Assembly: GCA_964016885.1 (NCBI GenBank)
Contig: OZ024740.1
Coordinates: 226,486,001 to 226,550,000, forward strand
Reading direction: 5' to 3'
DNA from: Eledone cirrhosa
Taxonomy: Eukaryota
DNA length: 64,000 nucleotides
Made by a program: the position numbers and the translations under genes. The notes under the pieces were generated by a model. That model saw nothing but the letters and a program-made list of their open reading frames with translations. It had not been told where the DNA came from and did not search any database. The stretch's first letter is position 1, and each line of letters begins with the position of its first letter. Shown piece by piece: positions 13,598 through 25,764 of this stretch.

Positions 13598-13969
13598 ATA
13601 TATAAACAACTATCTGGTTGTGGAACCAACCAACCAACCAGAAATTTATAAATTTGTGGATTTGTAAATTTATAAATTTATAAATATATAATAAATTAAA
13701 GTGAAAGCAACTGGTGCGTGTGTTTCTTATTGGCAACATGACCCTCCCAAAGTATAACAATATATATATATTAATAAGAGGAATTCCAACTTTGTCTGAT
13801 TTACTCGTTTATATTTACAATCCTTTAAAATTTATAATGGTATTATAATGAAATAGTATGATAGAATATTAAATGTTAAGTGTTAATTGAACAAGTACTT
13901 TCATGCTTTCATGCCTTCGCAATCTTCAGCTTCATAATGTGTGGTGACAGTCAAGTTTGCAATTTTCAA

Positions 13970-14011
<42 letters not shown>

Positions 14012-14014
<3 letters not shown>

Positions 14015-14359
14015 TAATACAGAGTACCCGACCTCCCATGGGTACAAGCTGAAGCATATACACAATATGCCCCCACACCCCCCCACTGCAAGGTGGTCGT
14101 GGAGGTGCCACGGCAAAAAAGCACCCAGCCCACACTGTAAAGTGGACGTGTAAGCGCCACGAAAAAGCACCCAGCACTCACTGTAAATGAGGTTGGTGTT
14201 AGGAAGGGCAACCAGCTGTAGAAAGCAAGCCAAATCAGTTCCTGTATGAGCAAGGCATGGTCAGCCGACCAGACACTGCCCACAACAGGACAACCCGTCT
14301 AACCCATGCTAGCGTGGAAGAACGGACGTAAAACGGTGATGATGATGATGATGATGATG
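14012..14359 (+). mobile_element. RTE 3' end
   Basis: Near-identical to the reverse complement of 19189-19530; (GAT)n tail. Confidence 0.9.
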
Positions 14360-14393
<34 letters not shown>

Positions 14394-15357
14394 ATATATG
14401 TAAATATATATATATATGTATATAAATATATATATGTATATATATATATATATGCATATATATATATATATACATATATACACACACATATATATATATA
14501 TATATACATATATACACACACATATATATATATATATGTGTGTGGATATATGCACTTTGTAATCTATGAAATTTATGTGTTTTAACTATGCCAACATGTA
14601 TTTATCTGAGTTTGATTATTTATACATAAACATACTTGATAGTATTTTAGAGTGTATCATATGATATATTATACTAAATGCAATTTACCACACAGTACTA
14701 TATTGTGTTGGTTATGTTGTATATTATCGCATTACTGTATTTCATTATCTTATTATAATTTTCATCTTTTAATATACTATCTTTCCTAGCCATAACCTTA
14801 ATTTATATTCACCTAAAAACTTAATACAACACTAATCACCATTTATTTTTACATTTATTTTTATTTTTACATTCCTTTTAACTTCACTATACCAGATACA
14901 TTCAACTATCAGTTTGAAAATCCCTTTCCTCCTAATAGATTTTTATGCCAATTCTACTATTAACACCATTCAACCATTCCTGTCAAAGGGTCATGACCTC
15001 AACTAAAGTGTATTACCTTTCATCTTAACACTATATGAAAAAAACAATTTGATTGGTTAGTTCTTCAAAATCCTCCAAACAAGGACATGATACTAACATA
15101 CTACTAATTCTGAATAAAATTATTATTGCTTTTGAAAACAGCTGGTGATATGCATGTAAGTAAATATTCTCTTTATCTGATAGTTTGTAACTAACCTTAC
15201 ATAGATCAATAACAGAGTATAGCTACAATGTATTATCATCACCTAGAAATGATCGTAAAGCAGTCATGTATATCTCTAATGACTTGATTTTTTGTTTCAT
15301 TGTTTCAACTTATATATATATATATACATATATATATACACACTCATAAATATATAT

Positions 15358-15850
15358 ACCCTACATACTCGAGTAATAGTTGAGCTCATGTAAAAGTTAA
15401 CATTTGCGGGTCAAGATATCATTCTGTACACAAAAATAACACTGTTACAAAATCGCCATGAATCGCCATGAATCTAAGACAAATTTATATTATTGTAAGT
15501 ATATGTCTGAAACTAAAAATGTACCCAACGTATGCCTACCTTTCTGTAGCTTGCCCCTATAGCTGGAAATGTTGGTGCTTATAGTGGAATGATCAGTGAT
15601 TATATTTTATGGATTTTGATATCTAATAGGACATGTGTTTTGATACATAGAATCGGTAATATTACTATAGTTCATTGTATTTTTGTTTTTATTCTTTTAA
15701 AGTTCAGTTGCACTTCTGCTACTGATGTGGTACTTTGGATTCTAGCTTGAATTTCAAGCCCTCAAAAGTAGAATCCATGTAATAGTTGACCACATAAAAT
15801 TAACCTTAAAGAATGATCTTAAAAATTCGACTTTTACACAAGTTTATATA

Positions 15851-15853
<3 letters not shown>
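15358..15853. mobile_element. degenerate DNA transposon/MITE
   Basis: Imperfect inverted ends tactcgagtaatagttga / tcgacttttacacaagtttatatagta, similar to the 1803-2004 ends. Confidence 0.4.
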
Positions 15854-15899
<46 letters not shown>

Positions 15900-17516
15900 T
15901 ATACAATTCACTTCTGCGTGTTTTTTTTTTCTACCAAATTTCACCCACTAGGTACCGTTTCTCCTGTGCCATGCACTAGGACTAAACAGAAAACCCCATG
16001 ACTGAAACAAACTCCCTAACCACACAACCTCGCCTACACTCCAAAAAGGTATGAGATGGACATAGCTAGAATATCTGATTATAGTTCTACAGTTCTTCCA
16101 AATCAGAGCTGATCTGAGCTAAAGAACTAGCAAAAGCAACAACACAATAATTGTGTTTAATTCCACTTAGTTTATTCAGCCAGATTAGATATATTTTTCA
16201 CATAAACATCAACACCAATGATAGTAACAATAGCTTTGTTACAACACCAGCTATAAAGCTGAAATATAAATTTTAAGTGACAGACCAAAACACCAAATAT
16301 CATTATCATAATTTCCCATAGGAACCAGTAAATTCATCACTATCGTCATGGTTTTACTGATATTGATCATCATCAACATTATTAACATCATTACCATTAC
16401 TATTATTTATCATTATCATCATCATTGCCATCCTTGATGCTGCTATTACTACTACCTTTACTTCCATTATCACCAACCAAATCATTTAGTTCTCCTCTAC
16501 CAACTACTAGAATAATTGTAATAAATTCTCCCTCACTGTCACCACTACTACCAAACTAAGAATACCACTATAATCAAAAGCATAGGAACGACTAGTAGAA
16601 GCAAATTAGGAATCCTCTGTGTGGTTTTTTAACCTGCTAAAAATAGTTGCCAAAATTATTTCAAATACACCCTACTGTGGTTCAAAACCTTTTACTACCC
16701 CTTTTATTTAAATGAATTTCTCCATTACAACTACCTGCCACCCCCATAAAATTGTTATATGATGAGAATGATATTCAAAATAGAGAATTGTCTATGCTTA
16801 GAAAAGAATGGATACTCAATAGTATGTACATATGAGCTTTTTAACAAAGTATTTGAAATTTTGACTTAGCTGACAGCCCCTTCAGGGTCTACAGACAGCA
16901 AATTAGGAGTCACTTCACTTGACAATATAGTCCTTGATATAAACGAAACAGAATAATCATGGTTAGTGTGCTTTTGATCATAGGTCTACTCAATCAGGGT
17001 TGACTTAAGAGTAAATATGAACACTATTTCAATCCTCATCAAGGACAATCAATGCTATGATTTCCTTATAGCCTAACAGTTTGATTAGCCAGGGATGGAA
17101 GGATAGTGTCCATAAGTACTTTCAGGGTCTCACAAACTAATTGATGTAAAGGAAAGAGGATGATACCCAAAAGATGGAAACCTGGCCAAAATGCATGCAA
17201 CAGGGTGGACACTGTTAAAAGCATCTAAGGACCAGATGGTGTGGTTAAACTGAGTAATCGATTAAGTTCGCCCCTCAAATACACCACAACAGAATAAGAA
17301 CGTAGAAGGCCAAATACCACAAGGCATCTCATGCTTTATCAATTCCATCGATCACTGCCCTGGGCTGGTTTTTTATTTCTTATTTTACCGAACTTGAAAA
17401 GATGAAAGGCAATGTTGACCTCAGTAGAATTTGAACTCTGAACACAGAGAGCCAAAACAAATGCTACACAGCATTCTATCCTATATTCTATCAACTCTGA
17501 TGATTCTTTTCATTAA

Positions 17517-17822
17517 CCCTTTTACTTCCATATTTCTAAAATAAAAAAAAAATAAAGGGCATATAATTTTCAAATCATCTTGAAAATAATTAAAAAAATT
17601 TAAGTAATGTAACTTAACACTTTCATGATCCACATTTCTCATGAAGTACACTTCATTTTATTCAATTAATGAAGAATTTTGAGGGATTTACTAAAATTGT
17701 TAATTAATTCATTACTAAGATAGAAACTAAAGTAAAAATTATGTTGGAAGATTTTAATTGAAAATAGAGGGTTTTATTTCATAGAACCAGAGCTGGTTTT
17801 GGCTGCGTTGTTAACAAAAGGG
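17517..17822. mobile_element. piggyBac-type MITE
   Basis: TTAA|ccctttt ... aaaaggg|TTAA (TTAA target duplication plus CCC-starting TIR). Confidence 0.65.
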
Positions 17823-18337
17823 TTAACACATGATCAAAGATGGAATGTTTTTAGATAAATATAAACACTTTAAAACGAACAGTTATATATTGTAGAACCA
17901 GACAGTTTGATATCCAAAGAGTTAAAGAAACAGCTGTCACTCTATCAATTATTTGTGGGATGAAGAAACTTATATTGATGTGTAATGAAGTAGGTGTTGA
18001 ATTTTATTAGCTAGTTAATTTAATTCAATATGTGACAAAACAGTTGTTGTGTATTAAAGAGTTATTACTCGATCAAAGAGCTTTCTCTTAAAATGTTTGA
18101 AAAATATACACATATAATGAATTTAATGTTTTTGGAATTATAGGTGAATGTAGACATCTTACCAATGAATGACACTTTGTCAACAACAAATAGGAGAGAA
18201 CATATTCAATATAAATAATAGAGTTTATTTATTTATTCAATGTTCCTTATTCAACCAGCCACTGATGTGAAAAAGTGGGAAGAGTGAGGGGATGAATCAT
18301 CAACTTCAAATGAATGGACATCATCTTCATTTTAGTC

Positions 18338-18404
18338 ACTCTCTCCCTCTCCCTCTCTCTCTTTCTTTATATATATATATATATATATATACATGTGTGT
18401 GTGT

Positions 18405-18438
<34 letters not shown>

Positions 18439-18484
18439 ATATATGTATATATGTGTGTGTGTTTATATATATATGTGTGTATGA

Positions 18485-18519
<35 letters not shown>

Positions 18520-18532
18520 GTATATATATATT

Positions 18533-18563
<31 letters not shown>

Positions 18564-18786
18564 ATATATATATGTATATGTATATATGTGTGTGTGTTTA
18601 TATATATGTGTGTATGAATGTATATATATATATATTGTGTATATATATATATATATTTATATATATACACAATATATATATATATATATATATGTTCATA
18701 CACACATATATATATAAACACACATATACATATATATATATATATATATATATGTATATGTATATATGTATGTGTGTGTGTGTGTA

Positions 18787-18850
<64 letters not shown>
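18338..18850. repeat. compound (CT)n/(TA)n/(TG)n microsatellite
   Basis: Read directly; representative of many such tracts (3490-3672, 6899-7177, 14360-14545, 33715-33980, 53650-53756, 55800-55885). Confidence 0.95.
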
Positions 18851-18852
<2 letters not shown>

Positions 18853-18937
18853 AAAGTTCTATTTAAATTGTTGGGATACAACAAGCAAATATTTTTATAA
18901 CTGATATAAAGCACTCAACAAGTATTTGGAATAAACA

Positions 18938-19136
18938 TACGATATTAACAAATGGAAACTATATTTATAAAACCATATTTATTTCATTTTTTAAGGGTAT
19001 GTCAATATTTATTTATAAAACTGATCTATATTATATTTTGTCTGATGAAATCACACCATAATTTAACTTGGTGTCCTTGAAATATGTATAATGAAATAAA
19101 TATGGTTTTATAAATATAGTTTCCATTTGTTAATAT

Positions 19137-19140
<4 letters not shown>
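18938..19140 (+). mobile_element. family A element with 5' inverted segment
   Basis: 18938-18988 is the reverse complement of 19090-19140. Confidence 0.8.
19034..19098 (+). ncRNA. type I hammerhead ribozyme (family A)
   Basis: tattttgt CTGATGA aatcacacca...tggtgtcctt GAAA tatgta TA atgaaata. Confidence 0.7.
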
Positions 19141-19169
<29 letters not shown>

Positions 19170-19188
19170 ATATATGTGTATATATATA

Positions 19189-21960
19189 TCATCATCATCA
19201 TCATCATCACCGTTTTACGTCCGTTCTTCCACGCTAGCATGGGTTAGACGGGTTGTCCTGTTGTGGGCAGTGTCTGATCGGCTGACCATGCCTTGCTCAT
19301 ACAGGAACTGATCTGGCTTGATTTCTACAGCTGGATGCCCTTCCTAACACCAACCTCATTTACAGTGAGTGCTGGGTGCTTTTTCGTGGCGCCTACACGT
19401 CCACTTTACAGTGTGGGCTGGGTGCTTTTTTGCCGTGGCACCTCCACGACCACCTTGCGGTGGGGGGAGTGGGGGCATATTGTTTATATGCTTCAGCATG
19501 TACCCATGGGAGGTCGGGTACCCTGTATTACTGCGTGACGCCAGAAGTCACGGTCGTGTGTCATTGACTTTGAGAGGTGTAGTTGGGTAAGGTCGGCTTT
19601 TATCACCTCATCCCAAGTCATCTTGGGTCTCCCCACTCCGCGGTTTCCATCAACTTCTAGTGCTCTGCACCTTTTTATGCAGCTGTCATCCTTCATACGC
19701 ATCACATGTCCATACCAGCATAACCGCCTCTCCTGCACGCAGCATTTGATTCCTCTTATGCTCAGTCTCCCTCTCAATTCCTTTATGCTTTGTCGTTCAC
19801 GTATATTACTGTTACACATCCATCGGAGCATGCAGGCTTCGTTTCTCTCTAATCTACGTAAGTCTTCCACCTTCAGCGCCCAGGTCTCACTACCATGCAA
19901 CATCGCTGTTCGGATACACGCATCATACAGTCTGCCTTTCATTCTGAGGGAGAAGCCTTTTGCAGCTAGCAGTGGTAGTAGTTCCCTAAACTTCTTCCAT
20001 CCCGTTCTTACCCTAGTTATTGTACTTTCTGAGCACCCACCTCCGCTGCTAATTTGGTCACCTAGTTAGCAGAAGCTGTCTACTGTTTCTACAGGGCCCT
20101 CCCAGAGATTGGTGGTACTTGTTTCCTGTGGCTGTTTGCTTGCTGTTTCAGCACAGCTGCTGCATGTGAATCCTACATTCTTAATTAAGCTTCCTGAGAT
20201 CCCGCTACATCTCTTGTGTACCCATTGTTTGCATTTGGGGCAGAGAATGGAGTTCCTACCTACACCTTTCCTACATACTGAGCAAGGCCATTTCCCTGAG
20301 GGGATCTGGGTTCTGTTTTCTCGTCTACTTATAAGGACCTTAGTCTTTGTCATGTTGACTTTGAGGCCCTTTCTCTCTAGTCCCTGCTTCCAGGTTTGGA
20401 ATTTATTCTCTAGTTCTACCATAGATTCAGCTATGAGTGCGAGGTCATCAGCATACAGGAGTTCCCATGGGCATCCGGTCTTAAACTCCTCCATTATTGC
20501 CTGCAGGACTATGATGAACAGGAGAGGGCTAAGAACAGAGCCCTGGTGGACCCCAACCTGTACGCTAAATTCCTCGCTATACTCATTGCTAATCCTAACT
20601 TTTCTGACTGCTCCCCTATACATGGCTTGTACCGCTTTCACAAGCCATTCATCTACTCCTAGTTTTCTAAGAGCCCACCAGATTACTGCATGTGGAACTC
20701 TGTCAAAGGCTTTCTCAAGGTCGACAAATGCCAAGTAGAGTGGCTTACTTTTAGCTAGGTACTTTTCCTGTAATTGCCTCACAAGGAAGAGGGCATCAGT
20801 GGTGCCTTTCCCTGGTACAAACCCAAATTGCATCTCGTCTATATTCACCTGGTCCCTAATCAGCTGTGCTATAACTCTTTCTGTTACTTTCATGACCTGG
20901 TCCATCAACTTTATACCTCTATAGTTTCCTCTATCTAGTGCATCGCCTTTACCTTTGTAGCAGTTGACAATGATGCTACTGCACCAATCTTTTGGTATCG
21001 CCCCCTCTAGTATTACCTGGTTAACGATACGTGTGGTTATAGTGTGACCTACAGACCCAGATGCCTTCAGCATCTCGGCAGCTATACCCGATGGACCAGT
21101 TGCCTTCCCTATCTTCATATCTCTGATTGCCTTACTTACTACGCTGCTGCTGACTTGTACTGCTGGTCCCTCTATAGGGTCTACGTGGGGTAGGGTCTCT
21201 TCTTCCCATGCATTCTCCTCATTTAGTAATCTATCATAATGACTCTTCCATGCATCTTTCTTCTCAGCACTTGTGAGGGCAAGCTCACCTTTATCATTCC
21301 GGATACACTTCTCTCCAATGACATCACAACTATCTCTGACACACTGCCTCGCAATCTTGAATACTTCCTGTTTCTGGTCCTCACGTTGTAAAACATGCTT
21401 GAATTTTCTATCCTCTGCTTCCCTCCTAGCTAAGTATACTTGTCGCCTAGCTTCCCTCTTGGTCTCTATGTAATGTACCCTGCTCCCCCCGTTCTTCCAT
21501 TCTTTCCATGCCTGTCTCTTGGCCTTAACTGCTTCATTTACCTTATTGTTCCACCACCAAGTCACTCTCCTCCTGCTTGAGGTCTTACTCCAGCCACAAA
21601 CCTCATCCGTCGCCTCTAGTAAGTTATTTTTTAGGAACTCCCAGTTCTCTTCTACGTTAAATGTCTCTATCTGTTCTTCTTTACTGTCATAGGCGTTGAG
21701 TAAAATATCTTTAAATCTGTTACTGGTTGAGGGGACTTTCAGCTTCCAGATCTTTCTTCTCCAGGTTGGCCTCTATTTCCGGGTTCGTCTAGTTCTGACC
21801 GTGAGGTCGCTGACAACTAAGCTATGTTGGGATGTACATTCCTCACTAGGGAAGGCTTTTGTGTTTACGACCGTCCATCTGTCACGTCCTCTGATGAGGA
21901 TAAAATCTAACTGACTAGAGTGCTCCCCTGATCTATAGGTGATCAGGTGGTTGTCGGGTT
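19189..21960 (-). mobile_element. 5'-truncated RTE-clade LINE
   Basis: APE C-terminus (SQLDFIL..SQHSLVV), RT (QFGF, FVDLEKAFD, GVHQGSVLSP, LLYADD), C-terminal domain, 3' UTR and (GAT)n tail. Confidence 0.95.
19493..21958 (-). pseudogene. RTE ORF (endonuclease C-terminus + reverse transcriptase) with two in-frame stops
   Basis: ORFs 19493-19942, 20066-21565 and 21773-22027 share one frame; stops at 20066-20068 and 21773-21775. Confidence 0.9.
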
Positions 21961-21984
21961 TTTTAAAGTTTGTGTTATACGTAT

Positions 21985-24275
21985 GTATATGTATATATTT
22001 AACCCCCCCCCCCTCCCTCGTCCACACCGCCCGCCCTCACTCACGCCCATGCTGTCCACCGCTCCACCACCCTCACCCCACGCCACCGCACACCCACCTA
22101 CCGTCTCCCATTCCCCATCACCTACCACCCCTCCACCCTACCCCTTCACCGCACTATCCTCCGCCTCTTCCGACGCCTCCAGTCCGACCCCTCCACCTCC
22201 CACCACTCCCCTCCTTCAAACGCGCACGCATCCTCCGCACCCTCCTCGTCCGCAGCTCCCTACCCCGCAACCCACGCTCTCTTCCCCTCCCCCGGGTCCC
22301 TTCCCTGTTCCAGGCCTCGTTGCAACACCTGCCCCCACATCATCAACACCACCACCTTCCAGGGTCCCAACAGCCACTCTCTGTCCGGCATGCCTTCCGC
22401 TGCACCTCCTACAACCTAGTCTATGGACTTCGCTGCATGGAGTGCAGCACAACCTACGTCGGACAGACTGGACGTCGCCTGGCGGACCGTTTCACCGAAC
22501 ACCTCTGGGATATTCGTCTCGGCGGGAGTTCCCCCATCGCCCGCCACTTTGGCTACCCTGGACATTCCGCGCACCACCTCACAGTCTGTGGCCTACTCCA
22601 ATGCCATGGAACACCCACCACCCGCCTCAGTGTCGAACAACGCACCATCTTCAACCTACAGACCCACACTCCTCCGGCCTGAACTCCCCACCCCTATTCC
22701 TTTAGCCTGCGACCGCCCTGTCCTCCTCCCCCCCCACATATCCCCCCACTAACACCACTAACACACTCCTCCTTTTCACTGCCCACTCCACAACTAACAA
22801 TACTAACACCCTCACCCCGTCCCCAACCACCCTCCCCCAACTAACAATACTAAACTTCCCCCTTTCCCCCTCCCCCTATCACGCACACACCCACCGGTAC
22901 ATATATACACGCACTCACACTATCCACACACCCTACTACCACCACTAACCCTCAGCCACACATCCACTCCCACCACCCCACAACTAATACCACTAACATC
23001 CCCCCGACCCCACGCACACGAACACACCCACCCACCCACACCCACTTGCACCACCCACTCTACACACCCAACAACCACTGACCCCCACTAACACCCCCTT
23101 CACCACATACACTCATACAAACACGCACACACTACACTCCCTCCACCGTCCCCCACACCCTTTTCTCCCTCTCCCTCTCCCTCTCCCTCTCCCCGCTTCA
23201 CCCACACCCCTTCACACAGACACACACCCATCCCACTAACACCTCTACTAATACACACCCCATCCCCCCACATGACCCCCACCCCACTCCACATTTCACA
23301 CCTATCCATCCTCTCCCCTGTCCACCGCACCTCCGTATACACTGACACACTGACTTTCTCCATCTGCCATTCTCCTCTAGTTCTGCTATGCCTTGACCCT
23401 CTGACCACTTCTCCGCACACACAGACACACAGCCCTCTCCACCTTTCATTCTCCTATACCCTCCTCCTGCTTTGACCCTCTGACCACTTCCTGTTGCGCG
23501 CGCGCCCCACATCTCCCCTCTTCCGACCAACACAACCACGGATTACACACCATTCGCCATCGTTCCTACCATCAACTCCATCACAAGGAAAATATCCGGC
23601 ATCTCACCACATCCTCTACGGAACTACCTTAGGAACTTACCCACGGACATACACTCACAAAAATTATTTTTCGAACCACGCCACCTACATCTAAAATACG
23701 TATAAACACCACATACACGTGCGTACCCCCACAGATATACACACTCAGCCTCCGGAATCCCCCCCCCTGACCCCTCCCCATCCACACGCGCGCGCACACA
23801 CCGACCTACACCCCACCCCACACACACACCTTTTCCTACACATGGAACCTCGTTCTTCCCCCAACTCTCACATTCACATACACACACACACACGTACACC
23901 TATACACATACACCACCTTCAGCCCTCCCCGCTCGGACACCCCGCCTCCCTCTCCCCACTCCACCCGCCACCACCTCTACACGCCCCACGCCCTTCCACC
24001 ACTTGTTTATCTTCATGTTTATTTTTATTTTTATTTTTTATATTTATTTTTATTTGTACCCCTACCACCCTTTTTCCTCCTACCCCACCCTTTTTTCTAA
24101 ATGTCTCTCCTCCACTCCCCTAAACACCCTCGGAACTCTCTTCACACACACTTTTCGCCTGAAGAAGGGCTTATGCCTGAAATGTCCCCCCCCCCCCCCC
24201 GACTCTCAAGAGTGTGAAACTAATAAACCTTTGTTCGTACTGCCTCTCTGTTTTGTTGCCGTTCCATTTTTCACT
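21985..24275 (+). mobile_element. Penelope-like element 3' part: GIY-YIG endonuclease plus C-rich 3' region/pLTR
   Basis: FRCTSYNLVYGLRCMECSTTYVGQTGRRLADRFTEH...RLSVEQRTIFNL in ORF 21939-22682; HHR motif and aataaa near the 3' end. Confidence 0.9.
24147..24216 (+). ncRNA. hammerhead ribozyme-like motif interrupted by a C15 run
   Basis: CTGAAGA agggc ttat gcct GAAA tg TC; outer helix cacactttt / aagagtgtg. Confidence 0.6.
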
Positions 24276-24296
24276 ATATATATATATATATTCAAT

Positions 24297-24592
24297 GATA
24301 TTAACTAAATGGAAACTATATTTATAAAACCATATTTATTCTATTATATATATTTCTAGGGTACCAAAACTTTGGTAGGCTTTCATCAGATAAAATACAA
24401 AGTTTGTTTTATAAATTTTGACATAACCAAGAAAAAGTATCTTAACGTACTTTTTTGGTTATGTCAAAATTTATGAAACAAACTTTGTATTTTATCTGAT
24501 GAAAGCGTACCAAAGTTTTGGTACCCTAGAAATATATATAATAGAATAAATATGGTTTTATAAATATAGTTTCCATTTATTTAATATGATTG
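24297..24592. mobile_element. family A near-perfect palindrome (~145-bp arms) with two HHRs
   Basis: Arms 24297-24440 / 24447-24590; HHRs at 24337-24397 (-) and 24488-24548 (+): tattttat CTGATGA aagcgtaccaa..ttggtacccta GAAA tatata TA atagaata. Confidence 0.85.
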
Positions 24593-24699
24593 AATATTAT
24601 ACTCCAGAAAACAAGTCAAGTGCTCTGAATCAGTTATAAACATTTATATTTGTTGAATTACCAACAAATTGAATATCTCTTTTTCTTATATATATATAA

Positions 24700-24975
24700 A
24701 AAGGGACCAGATCTGTGGAGTGTGAAGAATTGGAATTTTCACAAAGACATTGCACCCTGTGACCGAGCTCTCTTCGTTGTGAGTTTCTCACTAAAAACAA
24801 CATTGTATCACTTCTACACCTGCTTTATTCATCAGATTTAGCACCTGCGGGATTCCATCTCTTCTCTAAGCTGAAAATGTAGTTCAAAGTCACCATTTTA
24901 ACACCGTTGCCGAGATCCTGAACGAATTGCCCAACTTCTTTGGCTTGCTTATGGAAAACGACATCCAGGCCAAAT
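24700..24975 (+). mobile_element. mariner transposase C-terminal fragment
   Basis: Degenerate PDLW..NWNFHKDIAP and (P)DLAP.GFHLFSKLK motifs. Confidence 0.7.
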
Positions 24976-25506
24976 TCATCCTTTTGAGAAACGTGGACCT
25001 GCTACTTCTATGCAATGGCACACATTTTACAGTCAGGCAGATGAGGAACCATCTCCTAGAGGTCACTATTCTTGGAGGCAATCATTAAGGAGAAAATGCA
25101 TTTATTCCCAAGATTCCTTGTATCCCTTCCTCTAACGAACTGCCATTTAAATTTGCAAGACGTCAGTTTCCAGTTAGAGCCAGTTCTGCTATAACCAAAA
25201 ACAAAACTCAGGCTCAAAGTCCCAAAGTTGTAGAATTGAGTATGAGAGAATCGATTTTTACCCATGGACAATTAAGTGTAGGATGTTCACAAGTAGGACC
25301 ACCTAGAAATCTTCATATACTACACACTAACAGTAAAACGAAGTTGGTATATCTTGAAGGTTTTTTACTGATTTTTCTTCTTTTTTTTTGTCACACACAG
25401 TCTTGCCTCATACTGTAAACCAGACAAATATCGAATAGTTATTTTCTCTTCTACTTGTCTTGTCTTATCATCTGTTTACCCATGTGAAGCTGGGTACATC
25501 AGCTAG
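24975..25506 (+). mobile_element. Helitron 3' fragment (PIF1-like helicase C-terminus)
   Basis: LLRN..LCNGT, LPFKFARRQFPVR..AIT.NK.Q, FTHGQLSVGCS; subterminal hairpin accc..gggt and terminal CTAG at 25503-25506. Confidence 0.9.
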
Positions 25507-25600
25507 TTCATAAATATATATAAATAAATATATATATAAATAAATATAATTAGAAAGTGAACAACACAAAATATAACTACTCCATTAGAGAAGTTAACAT

Positions 25601-25669
25601 CTCTATCTGACGAACGATCCAGACATATATATTATTATCATCTGTGATCCAGAAATTATGGTAATGGAG
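25601..25669 (+). ncRNA. hammerhead ribozyme-like motif inside a fold-back element (25548-25755)
   Basis: ctctat CTGACGA ac gatccaga..tctgtgatc ca GAAA ttatgg TA atggag; stem I pairs, base of stem II is mismatched; inverted repeat 25548-25588 / 25662-25700. Confidence 0.55.
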
Positions 25670-25764
25670 TAGTTATATTTTGTGTTGTTCACTTTCTAAT
25701 TAAATAGCTCTGTTCTATACATAGAGCACTCTTTTTTCCTTTGGAATTACGTAACATATAAATA

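Noticed and set aside
19623-20738. Plus-strand ORFs of 148 and 209 aa
   Set aside because: Antisense shadows of the RTE ORF.
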